This document shows, in pieces, positions 39,614-51,300 of a stretch of 64,000 nucleotides of DNA. Each line of letters opens with the position of its first letter. Position 1 is the stretch's first letter. Both the position numbers and the translations under genes were made by a program. Origin of the DNA: Pavona decussata (taxonomy: Eukaryota). The notes beneath the pieces were generated by a model that was given only the letters and a program-made list of their open reading frames with translations, was not told the origin of the DNA and searched no databases. The stretch is taken from contig CDRNST010000018.1 in assembly GCA_977016875.1 (NCBI GenBank), positions 372,001 to 436,000 on the forward strand. Direction: 5' to 3'.

Positions 39614-42250
39614 TTTTTTTCTGGCAGTGTAAGTATCCGGTGCTTTTTGAGCTGAGAAGCTTTGCATCTTTGTGGTTCTTGTGAACTGCCTCCTGCCAAG
39701 GACTTTTATGCTTGGTCTCCTTTGGCCATAACTCGGGGTAAGCCGTTTCTTTTGCGCCAGCACCTGGCGAGCCTTCTTTCCCTTGCTGGATTTTGGGCTC
39801 TGTCAAGGGTTTTTTCCTTTTTCCCGCCCCTTTATTCTGGCGGGCCTGCTTACCTGTGTGTTTGTTTGGGCCTTGATCGGGATCCCTTTTCCCGCGTGCC
39901 ACCCATTCCGTTTTTTTACCTTGTTGGGTGAGCCTTAACTTTTCTCAGCCGCCCATCCAGTTTTCGGACCCTTTGGGCCGGGCTTAACCTTGGTAGTGTG
40001 TTTATTTAATTAGTGTTAAGTGAGTTAAGTAATTTATCTTGTAGGTGTGATAAACATTTAAGGTTTGTTACACAGGAATAAATTTAATAGTTTGTAGGTG
40101 TGATAAAAATTTAAGGTTTATTGCACAGGGAATTAATTAAATTTGTAAGTGTAATTAACGATTAAGGTTAATTACACAAGGAATTAATTTTGTAATTTGT
40201 AAGTGTAATTCACAATTAAGGTTAATTACACAAGGAATTAATTTTGTAATTTGTAGGTGTAATTAACAATTAAGTTTAATTACACAAGAAATAATTATTT
40301 GTTTTAAAGATGTCTTTCAGTCTCAATGTTCAGATTGGGAGAAAGCTTAATGGCAAGACTAAGGAAGATATCCTTAAACAGCTGCTTAATTATTTCCCTT
40401 GTGATGTTGTGGTGGCCGTCCAGATCGCTTATGAGGTGATTCCGGTCACTTTTAAAGATTCGACCTCTTACAAGCCGGGTATGGAGAAGATGGTGGACGT
40501 CTTTTCGGCATGTGGTGTCCCATTATGGGTACTGGTCCATCGGTTACGATCGTGCATGTCATCGATTTTCCTTTCGAGGAACAAGATTCCTTTATTGAGG
40601 AGGCGCTTCGTCCTTATGGCACAGTTAAAACCATTAAAAAGCAAACTTTTTTGGCCGAGGACAATATTTATACTGGGACAAGGTTGGTCTCTTATCATTA
40701 ATTCTCGCCCTCCCAGAGACCTCATGATCAAAGGATTCTTATGTCGGACCTGGTATCGTGGTCAGCCCCTGGTTTGTAATTTGTGTGCTGTTGAGGGGCA
40801 CCGCTCCGCCAATTGCCCGAACAAGGACAAGTGCTGGCTCTCCAGGATCCGATCTCATCTCTCTGGAAGTGTGGCTTCTGCTGGTGGGTCCGCTGATGTG
40901 GTTCCTCCGGCTGTGTCTGATGTTTCTGCTCCTGCTGGTGGCAGTTAGCGACATGGTTGACTCTCAAATCCCCACTGTACTGTGCGGTGACTTTAATGCC
41001 GTCTTTAATTGTCCCCTTGACCGGCGGGGGTCTAATGTCTTTGATGCTTTTCGTGAGAGTTTTCGTGCCCTGGCCTCCCTCTTTAGTGACTGCTGTGTCA
41101 TTGATGTGTGGCGTCAGCTGCACCCCGGTGTTTTTGCCTCGACTTGGATGCCCCTTTTCTTGGCTTCACTGTGTTTCCTTGTGTGAGATCTTACCTTGTC
41201 CGTTTTCTGATCACTCTGCTGTGTCCCTCAAAGTCTCCATCCCTTTGCCTTTGCCTCATGGCCCAGGAAGGTGGAAGCTGAATGCTTCCATTTTAAGGGA
41301 TGTTGATTTCATCTCCTCGCTCGATCGTTTTTGGAAACCTTGGAAGTTGCGTAAGGCCACATTTTCCTCTTTGCAAGCGTCGTGGGATAGCGGAAAGGAG
41401 CACATCAAGGGCCTTGCAATTCGTTTTAGTTGTGCCAAGAACAGGGATTTCCTCTCCTCGCGCTCTCTCTTGTTCTTTGGCGTCCTATTTAAAGGGTCGT
41501 ATTGACGCTGGGTCTGTATCCCTCATGGGCGTTTATGAGAATGTTCTGCAAAAGGTAAAAGATCTTGACGTGTTTCTGCGGAAGGTGCTCGCATCCCCTC
41601 TCGTGTCCAACGGGGAGAGGAGGGTGAGATGTTTTCCAAATTCTTTTTGCGATTGGAAAAGAACCCTGGTTCCGAAGATTGGATTTCTGCGATACGCAAG
41701 TCTGATGGGTCTTTGGCCACGGACATCTCCTCTTTTTGTTCATCCTGGGTTGACTTTTATTCTTCTCTTTTCTGGGCCGAGTCTCTTGTCGTCCCGATTC
41801 AAGATCAGCTTCTTTCCAATCTGACTACTCGCCTGTCTCCGCAAGATAGTGCCAAATGTGATGGTCCTCTCTCTCTAGATGAGGTTTTCAGGACCCTGGA
41901 GGGTGTGTCAGATGACAACTCTCCAGGCTCTGATGGTCTTCCTAAAGAATTTTATCTTGCCTGTTGGCACATTGCTGGTCCGGACCTCGTTGAGGTTCTT
42001 AATGATTCCTTTGCCTCCGGGTTGCTTCCTCTCTCTCAGAGAGGTGCCCTTATTTCCCTGATTTTTAAGAAGGGTGATCGCCTTGATCATAAGAACTGAC
42101 GGCCTATTAGCCTTTTGAAGGTTGATTTTAAATTGTGCCAGAACCCTTGCTGGTCGCCTCTTAAGTGTTCTGGGCTCAGTCGTTGCCCCTGAGCAAACTT
42201 GTGGTGTTAGGGGTCGTTTTATTGGCGAGAATGTTGTTTTTCTTTGGGAC
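39614..42250 (+). mobile_element. U1-targeting Tx1 element (type I 5' end); ORF1 from 40310, deleted APE/RT fragments, 3' end lost
   Basis: CNLCAVEGHRSANC, LCGDFN, FSDH, SPGSDGLP, QTCGV. Confidence 0.88.
40039..40288 (+). repeat. Five 51-54-bp palindromic tandem repeats in the element 5' UTR
   Basis: Units start at 40039, 40092, 40143, 40197, 40251; core GTGTAATTAAC..GTTAATTACAC. Confidence 0.9.
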
Positions 42251-44352
42251 CAGGCAATGTGATTAACACGCTCCCCGTAGGCGATCTTTCTGTCACTTCG
42301 ACAAAAGATATCCTTTGCGATTGTCACACATTTTCTTCTAAATTATATTCAGCTGAACCTGTTGACCTTCCCAGCCAAGATTGGCTTTAAGCTAACCTTT
42401 ACCGGTCGCTGACATCTGAAGATCAGCAGAAATGCGAAGGCCTTCCAACACTCTCGGAGTGTTATGAGGCTTTGGGCCAAATATCATCTGGCAAATCGCG
42501 AGGTGCCGATGGACTTCCGGTGGGATTTTATCGTCGTTTCTGGGGTTTGCTTGGCCAAGATTTAGTTGACATACTAAATTACTCTTTTACTCAAGGGGGA
42601 CTCTCTGACTAACAACGTCTCGGCATCATTCGTCTTCTATTTAAGGATGATGATCACTTGACGCTCAAAAACTGGCGTCCTATCTCTCTGCTTAACACGG
42701 ATTATAAAATATGCACAAAGGTTCTCGCTAATCGGTTATGCAAGGTTATTTCCCTTATCCTCTGCCAGGATTAAACTTGCGGGGTCCCTGACCGCAGTTT
42801 TTTTGAAAACTTGTTCCTTATTCAGGACACGATTGACAACGTCAATCACAAAGAGCTCTCGGCGGCTCTTATCAGCTTAGACCAAGAAAAAGCTTTTGAC
42901 AGGGTTAACCATGGCTTCCTTCGGTGGGTTTTAGAACATTTTAATTTCGGTCCTCACTTCAGGCGGTGGGTTATGATTGCATACACCAATATTAAATTGT
43001 GCGTTACTAATAATGGTTAGCTTTTGTGTCCTATCTCCCGGAGCATTGTGTCCATCAAGGTTGCCCGCTTAGCCCATTGTTGTATTGCCTAGTGATCGAG
43101 CCACTAGGGCAGGCTATACGTTGTGACTCGAGTACTGAGGGAATTTCAATCCCTGGCGCCAGCGGCAAACAGAGCAAAGTGTCTCAGTATGCCAATGATA
43201 CCACTCTAATATTAGCTAACAAGTTTACCATTACTAAAGCTTTAACCACTATTAACATTTTTGAAAAAGCCACTGGTTCTCGCCTCAATACACAGAAGAC
43301 TGAGGGCTTCTGGATAGATTCTAGCAAGGGCAGACCACCTGGCCCGGTGGACATCACTTGGGTTACCGACAAGCTTAAAATCCTTGGCGTGTATTTTGGC
43401 GTGAACTAGTGAACTTGATCGATCAACCGAGGCTCCGTTCGGATTCGCCGTTCGTATGGCCTGTTCCCTTGCGCTGGTTTTTAATCGGATTGGGCAGGTC
43501 ACTTGAAGTGTCTAGACCAAATTTATCCCCTTTTGTTTTTTTTTTCTTTTCGTTTTTGCTTTTTTGTTTGGCCCATTTTTCTTGGGAATTCCCTTGATGG
43601 GTTAATACAATTGAACAGCAGGGGGGGAGGGTTTAGGTTAGGATTTGGAGACCCTTAGTTTTTTATTTTGTCGCCTTTGCCGTACACGTCTAGAGTCTCT
43701 TTTTTCCATAGGTCCGCCTATGGCTTTTTTGTAGTCAATTCACTTCTTCCACCTTGTTATTAGCTTAACTGCATAACATTGTAAACTCCTGTTAACCATT
43801 ACTGGAGGAACCGTGTTATTGCTTAACTGCTTGGCATTGTACACTTGTAACCCACCTTGAGGATTGGCGGTCAAATCGCGTTATTCACCTACCTTAATGA
43901 TCGGAGGTCAAATCGCGTTAACTATTTATTTCACCTTGACAATGGGATAGTCAAATCGCGTTACCTTACAAGTTACTACTGTGGACCAAGTTCCCAGAAT
44001 TATTGTGGACATAGCTTCGAAACTGATTAACCAAGCACCAGTGCTGATTTACGACTGTTTCCCAAGAGAATTCTGTAGACAAAGCTCCGAGATTTTGCTG
44101 TGCACACACCTCCGAAATATTACTGTCACGGAAGAAACACTGCGCTGAATTTGCATAACCCTTGGGAATTGCGATCATGAGCATTGACACCTTTGGAACT
44201 TTTGAAATGGACTGGGCAGGGATTTAGAACATTGGACAATGCTTTTATACCGATGGAGACACTTGCTTTGTTAAATGGATAGACCCAGAAAAATTGCAAA
44301 ACTACCTAGAAAAATATAAAATAAAGGCTACACAAAGTGGCCGTAAAAAAAA
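42251..44352 (+). mobile_element. Lineage B element 3' half (RT and 3' UTR), ending at the U2 target
   Basis: RT homologous to 2974-3916; AATAAA at 44320; A-tail then GTACCTGTTCTT. Confidence 0.9.
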
Positions 44353-44504
44353 GTACCTGTTCTTATTACCTTAATATCTGATACGCTGCTCATTGAGCAG
44401 CTCATATATTAAACTGATTTTTGGAACTGGGCTGTGGAAAAGAGGCTTGCCTCTTCCCAGCCACGGGTTGCTAAGATATAGCACTACCTCCGAGCACAGC
44501 CCAC
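44353..44504 (+). ncRNA. U2: U2 snRNA 3' part (nt ~36 to end), diverged
   Basis: Colinear with 39249-39398; Sm site intact. Confidence 0.92.
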
Positions 44505-44662
44505 TTAATTGAACTTTGTGTGTCTCTCTCCCCATACGATGTATGTAGAGGCAGGACAGTAGTGACAGGACAAGTCCCGGATCTGATGGCCACTTAAAGT
44601 AAAACCACAAGGAATATAGGGGTAAGGCAATTTTTCCATTGTTGAGGGGCGCAAGGCATTTC

Positions 44663-44680
44663 ATAATTACCTGACGCGGG
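44663..44680 (+). ncRNA. U1: U1 snRNA 5' fragment (nt 1-18), left end of the split gene
   Basis: ATAATTACCTGACGCGGG after the U1 upstream region. Confidence 0.88.
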
Positions 44681-47600
44681 TTGCTTGGCCGAAGGCCCTA
44701 TCCTTTTGCGGAGAGGTTTTGGTTGAGCTTCCTTGGTAAGGATCGCCTCCACATGCTCCTTAGGCGTGTTTTGGTGGATCTTCATTGGCTGGTCACCCAT
44801 CCATTTTGTGGACCTGCGGATCAGTTCCTAACTTGCGTAAGTTTCCTTTGCTCACTGGGAGTGGCTCTCCCATCCCTTTTTGGGCCCCGCCCGTCAGGGC
44901 TTAACTTTTTTTTTCTTCCTTTTTTTCTTTCTTGTGTGTAGCTAGTCTACTCATTCTCGTACAGTTGTTGGGGTTTCCCTACGGTGTTTATCGTTTTGAT
45001 ATTGCCAAGGCTGTTTATGATCAGTTTTCTTCTGCGCATTCAGTGCAGTCAATTCAGGTTCTCCTGGGTGGCGTTTGTAAAGTTATGTTCGAGTCCCCGG
45101 AGTCTAAAAATTCTTTACTTGCTCATCCCACGTGTGTCATTAATGGTTTTGAGTGTCAAGTTTTAAACCATGCTCAGCGTTCTATCCAGGTTCAGGTCAA
45201 TCATTTCCCTGCTGAGGATGATGTTGCGCCCATGTTGGCTATTATGCGCTCCTATGGTGAAGTTGTGGATTATCGGTTCCAGGTTTGGCCGGGTATTCCT
45301 AGTGTGAATACTGGCACTTGGCCCTTCTGAGATAAAGCTCCAGCGTGACATCCCAGTTCTTTGCTGTGTGGGAAGTATCATCTTAAGACCTGGTATTGGG
45401 GTCAGCGCCTTGAGTGTAATATTCGTCAGGCAATCACAAAGCGGCTGATTGCGAGCTTGGTGGCAAATGTCGTCATATGAAGTCTGATGGCCATTTTGCA
45501 CCTGATTGTCCCATTCCTTGGGGTCATGTGGGTGCCCCCCCTGCCCCTGCTTCTGCTCTTGCCCTTGACCCTATTCTGGCTCCTGCTTCAGCCTCTGCCG
45601 CGGCTTCTGTTTCTGGTGCTGGCGCCCCTGAACCTACTCTGGTCATGGATTCCTCTGACACTTGTGACAATTAACTTAATGAGCTGGACAGTCAGGCTTC
45701 CCTCTCGCATGCTCCCTCTGCCGTTGATGAGGTTGATGTGGCGGACAGCGACATTCTTCTGGTTGCTGATTTACTTGCTTCCAATGATTGGGATATTACT
45801 GATAATGATAATACTGATAATGAAATGGAAAGGCTAACCAGTACTAACGTAGTTATTAGTGATGAAGTTACTGATAATGTAGTTTGTAATACCAATGATC
45901 GCGATAGGGTCTCTGGTGTTACTTGTAGCGATATAAGTAGTGATAAAAGTAGTGATAAGAATATCGGTGAAGTTACTGATAATGTAGTTTGTGATAGCGA
46001 TAGGGTCTCGAGTAATAGTTGTAGTGATAAAAGTAGTGCATTGCATGTCCGAAACTAGTTCTGTTACCCCTAACAACGTCGTGGGTGTATTGGAGGTTGG
46101 TCAAAATCCTGATGTGGACATGGATCCTCTGTCTGTTAAGCGTGCGGCCCCAGATGATTCATCTGAGCCCGACAGCGTGGATAGTGCTCCTATGGGTCCG
46201 CCCCCCCCCCCCCCCGAGTGTGTGTCCAAAGCTAGGAAGTCGAGACCGGTTGTTGTTGCCCCCCCTGCCAGGCGTGATCAGAGTCGTTCCTCTGTTGGCA
46301 GGACTCCTGCTCCTGGAAGGCATTCTTTTCCTCAGCAGTCAGTCTTCGCTCTTGAAGTCTACTCCCCAGAAGCGGTGATGGCGCCTGTGTCTGCTCTTTT
46401 TCTTCTTTGCCTGATGGCCTTGTCGGTCCTTTCTATTAATTGTAATGGTCTTCGTGACCCTCAGAAAAGATCTGGTTTCTTGCAGTGGTTGCGTGGTCTT
46501 CCGTGTACTGTTGATGTGGCTTGTGTTCAGGTGGCGCATTGTGTTTCGTCTGCGGAATATGAGTCTTGGTTTCGTTCATCTGGCCTGTCTTCTGTTGTGT
46601 CCCCTGGTTCAAATAAGTCCTGTGGTGGTGTTGTCCTTTTTCGTCCTGCGTTGTCTTTTGTTGAGTCATGGTCTGACTCTGATGGTCGTTTTTTGCAGTG
46701 TGAGTTTCAGTTCCGTGACAAATTGTTTCGTGTTGTTTCTCTGTATGCCCCAAATTGTAACCCTGCAAGACATCAGTTCTTTGAACTTGTCTCGTCCTTT
46801 GTCGATTCTTTTATTTCTACGGTTCTCTGTATACCATCTTTGATCGTGCGCTGGACCGTTAGAGCTCTGTTGTCTCCGACTATTCTCGTGATAGCTCGGC
46901 TGCGCTTGTTCAGCTCTTTGAGGAGTGTTGTGTCATTGATGTCTGGCGCTACCTGCAACCCTCCTCCTCTTGTTTTACGTGGTTCAGGCCTGATGGCTCT
47001 CTGTCGTCACGTATTGATCTAATCGGTTGTCCTTTTGTGTGGGTGTCCTCTGTTTCGTCTTGCGATATTGTTCCTTGTCCTTTTTCGGATCATTGTGCCG
47101 TTTTGTTTTGTGTCCATTCCCGATGTCGTTTCCCTTGGCCCTGGTTTGTGGAAGCTTAATGTTTCCATTCTTGAGGAGGAGGTCTTTGTTGGTCTTTTCA
47201 CCAATTTTTGGAAGGACTGGCAACGTCAAAGCACCGGTTTCCCTCTTTGGCAAAATGGTGGGAGGCTGGTAAGTCTGGTATCAAGGGGCTTTCCATTCGT
47301 TTTTGCTCCTTGCGGTCGTCGGCTTTCTCTGTCAAGAGAGATATTCTTTCCAAGTTGGCTTCGCATCTCAAGGAGAAGGTTGATCCTGGTTTTTTGTCTT
47401 TGTTCTGGACTTACCAGTCTGTCTCGTGTCAGCTGGCTGACCTTTACAAGGAGATTGCTTGGGGTGTGCAGGTGCGCGCCCGCGCACGTTGTCCCGTTTT
47501 TCTACTCTTTGCCCTGCTCTTCTCTGTCGTCATGTTCTTTTTGGTTTTTCTATGCTGAGCTTTGTGTTGCACTCTGCATTTTTGTTTATCTGTTAAATTT

Positions 47601-48372
47601 GCTTAAGTACTTTACTTGGCGTGCCCGAAACGATTTTCGTTTCCGTGGTGTTCGCCATGGTGCGGTCATTGTTATTGAGAATACCAAAGCGAGAGCTAAA
47701 TTCAACCTCCCGTTGTTTTTCAAGCGTTTTCGTTCTTCTCGCCGTCGTCACTTTTATCGCCAGTGGGGAGCCTGCAGTATTGTCGGTTCTGTTGATGGTG
47801 TGTTAAGTCTGGCCCTTTGGTCCCCCTTTTTTCTGCCCTGAGTGAGTGTGTCTTGTCCTGGTCGCCTTAGTTGGTTGTACTGGGCTTGCCCGAGTGTGTG
47901 TGTCTTTTGGATGTCCTTTAGACGGTCGCCTTAATTGATTGTACTGTCCTTGAGTGGGTGTGTATCTTGGATTTGTCATTTAGATGGTCGCCTTTGTTGG
48001 TTGTACTGTCGGACGGTCGCCTTAATTGGTTGGACTGTCTTTTGAGTGGGTGTGTTTTTTGGTCGTGTCGCTTGAGCATGTTTTTGGATGGTCGTCTTTG
48101 TTGGTGGTACTGTCTTTGCTTGAGTGGGTGTGTTTGTTTCTTGTGCCTCCCGCGTTTTAATTTTGTTCTTTTGTCCTGTCTTGTCCTGTTTTTGTTTGTC
48201 TTGTATTGTGTTTGTAGGGAGCGGGGTTCCATCCCCCGGTGACGTTTGACGTGCTGGTGCAACTCCCGTTTAAGGTGAACCCATTGTTGTGTGATGGGCT
48301 AAGTCGTATTTGTCTGGCAGGGATTGCACTCACCCTACCGGGGGCCTGGCCATTCACCTTAAACACGAAAAA
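44681..48372 (+). mobile_element. U1-targeting Tx1 element 1 (type II 5' end); ORF1, APE from 46414, RT deleted at ~47490, 3' UTR intact
   Basis: MALSVLSINCNGLRD, SLYAPN, GLWKLN; short A-tail followed by U1 target duplication. Confidence 0.9.
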
Positions 48373-48388
48373 CCTTACCTGATGCAGG

Positions 48389-51300
48389 TTTTTCCTGTTA
48401 GGGTAAGTATCCGGACCGTTTAAAGTCGAGAGACTTGGTCCCTGCTGTTTGACTTTCGGTGGATTTTCCCTTGTGGTAGGATTTTTGCTGTTTTGCCGAT
48501 CAGGTTATTTGGCGCGCCATGTGCTCCTCGGGCCTTCCTTCTCTTGGTAGATTGTGGGCCTTGTGGGGGTGTTACTGCGCTGTTTTGTTTTTTTTCTAGC
48601 GTCCTTCCCTTTTGGGTTGGGGGCTATTGTTATTTGGTGCCTAGTGTGCTTCCCGGGCCTTCTTTTCCTTGCTGAATTCCAGCCCTTGTGGAGGTGTTCC
48701 TGCACTGTTTGTGGTCAAGTGTACCACATTTACTATAAACTGTAGGTGGTTTAAGAACCACCAGCGTGAAAACGTATGTGGTGGTCACGGTTCCCCCATT
48801 ATTACTAGTAAGTGGTCAAGGTACCACAAGTGTAAGGTTAAGCTATAATATTTAAAGGAATATTTAATTAATGGAAAGTTAAAGGATATAACTATGTCCA
48901 ACCAAAAAACTGGTGTTCTCCAGCAAAAATTTTCCCTCCTCTGCTACTAAGGAGGATATTGCTAAAAAATTCCACATGGAATTTCAGGGGCGATTTGAAA
49001 TTTTTGCAATCCAGGTTAAGCCTGGTAATGTGATTGCGGTGACGTCTAGGTCTGCTGAGGCTAAAAAAGCGTTGACTAAAAATCAGTATATGGATGTTGA
49101 TGGCATTGTTTGCCCCGTTCTAAATTATGTACCTTCCACTACTCTGGTAATGGTTCATTACTTCCCGATTGAGGCTGATGGTAAACCCCTCTACAACCAG
49201 TTAAGTCAGTATGGTCAAGTTGTTGGGTCTCGATTTCAAGTTTGGATTCACCTGGGTGAGATATCTACTGGAACTCAGCTCTACAATATGCATTTGAACT
49301 GCGATGTCCCTCGTTCCCCCACGGTCAAGGGTCACTGTGTTAAAACTTGGTACAAGGGGCAGCACCTTACGTGTGATATTTGCGGTGGGTGCCATAAGGC
49401 CGCCCAGTGTGATCTGCGTGGCAAGTGTCGTCGCTGTAAATCTGAAGGCCATTTTGCTAAGGATTGTCCTACCTCGTGGGGCAAAAGTGCTCCTGCCCCA
49501 GCGCCTACTACAACTGGGTCCGATCCTACCCCAGCGGAAGCCGCAGGCCAAAGTGAGGAGACTTCTCAGCCTCCGGTTGTTGCTGTGGATAGTGCGAGTG
49601 TTGTTGAAGATGGTGCCAATCAGCCTACCGGTGCTGTGGATAGTGCGGCTGGTGCCAGCCAGTATATGAATTGTGCGGTTGATAGCGAAGATGGTGCTAG
49701 TCAGTCCATTCTTGCTGGTGTTGAAGTGCCAGCTGTTCAGCTTGTCGATAATAGTGGTGATGTGGGTGTTTTGAGTGGTAGTGGTCAGTCTGTTGACCTA
49801 CGGGATAACCAATTGGATAAATTACCATCTGCGGATGTCGTAGTTTCTGATGTTCCAGTCGTTACTGTTTTGAGTGAAGGAGACAGTTTGGCAAATGTTG
49901 ATTTGGGCGATGTTTTGAATTCAGGTAAGTCCCTTGGTCATCTCTCCGTTTCCCAGCGCGGTGGTGTTGTCTCTTTGTCCTTTAAGAAGAGTGACCGCCT
50001 TGACCCCCGTAATTGGCGTCCAATCAACCTGCTTAATGTGGATTACAAGATTGCGTCTCGTGCTATCGCAGCCCGCCTCCTTCGTGTCATCCATCTGGTA
50101 GTTGCTAAGGATCAGACGCGCAGTGTTCCCGGTCGCTTTATTGGGGAGAATGTTGCCTTCCTGAGGGATGTCGTTGACTTCTGCTCACTCTCTGGCTCTC
50201 CGGTGACGATCCTCTTGTTGGACCAGGAGAAGGCTTTCGATAGGGTTGACAGGGGCTTTTTGTGTAATACCCTCGAGGTCATGGGGTTTGGTCCATCCTT
50301 CGTTGACTGGGTGTTGCTCTTTTCTTCTAATGTTGAGAGCTCGGTTAATGTGAACAGTTATCTCTGGGATTTTTTCTCCTTGTCTTGTGGGGTGCGGCAA
50401 GGCTGTCCGTTATCCCCCCTTCTCTATTTTCTTTGGCGCGGAGGTGATAGCCTGTAACATCCATGTTAATCCATCTATTCGTGGTCTGTCCCTACCTGGC
50501 TTCGATTCCCCCCTGCCATGTATCTCGCAGTATGTGGATGATACCACTCTGGTTGTCACCAGTGATCCGGCTATTACAGAAGTTTCCGAAGTCTACCATG
50601 TTTTTGAGAGTGGTTCCAGTGCAAAGCTGAACCTCTCCAAGAGTGAAGGCCTCTGGCTGGGGTCATGGAATGGTCGTGTGGATGCCCCGGTTGACATCTC
50701 CTGGACCTCCGTGAAGATAAAAGTCCTTGGTGTGTTTATTGGTCCCAATGACTTGGAGGAAGCAAATTGGCATTCATGTATCACTGCCGTCAAGAATGTT
50801 TTAAGCTCTTGGCGTCAGCGCTCGCTTTCTCTCTGTGGGAAGGCTTTGGTCATCAATGCCCTTGCCCTAGCCCGCATTTGGTATGTGGCCTCCTTAATCC
50901 ATGTTCCCTCCACTGTCATTAAAGAGATCAACTCTTTGGCCTTCAAATTTTTCTAGAGGGGCAAGGGGGATCTTGTTCCTCGTCATGTTGTTGTTCAGCC
51001 CTTCTCCCAGGGTGGCCACTCAGTTGTTGATTTTTTGTGTAAGTGTAGGGCTTTCCATGTTCAGTGCGTCTGTCGGTTGTCCGTGTCCCCTTCCTCGTGG
51101 GTATCATTCCTGACTTATTGGTCTTTTGTGTTTTCCTATCCATTCTTTTTTGATGTTAGCTCCATGCCCCCCTTTTACCGTTCTCTGTTTAAGGCTTGGG
51201 GCGCTTGTGATGGTTCCAAAACGGCCTCATCTCTCGGCATCGGAGTAGGTATTGACTGTTGCCCAGTTGAGTCCATCACCACCAAATCGGCTTATCTTTA

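Noticed and set aside
40039-40288. Palindromic repeats suggesting a CRISPR array
   Set aside because: No unique spacers, no cas genes, and a eukaryotic retrotransposon UTR context.
44791-44803. 13-nt match GGTCACCCATCCA to antisense 5S in a type II 5' UTR
   Set aside because: Not retained in the second type II copy (~52381); probably chance.
44681-44830. Possible HDV-like ribozyme in type II 5' UTRs (also 52270-52410)
   Set aside because: Shared hairpins are visible (GGCCG(A/G)AGGCC and following), but I could not build the nested double pseudoknot by eye; a descriptor search is needed.
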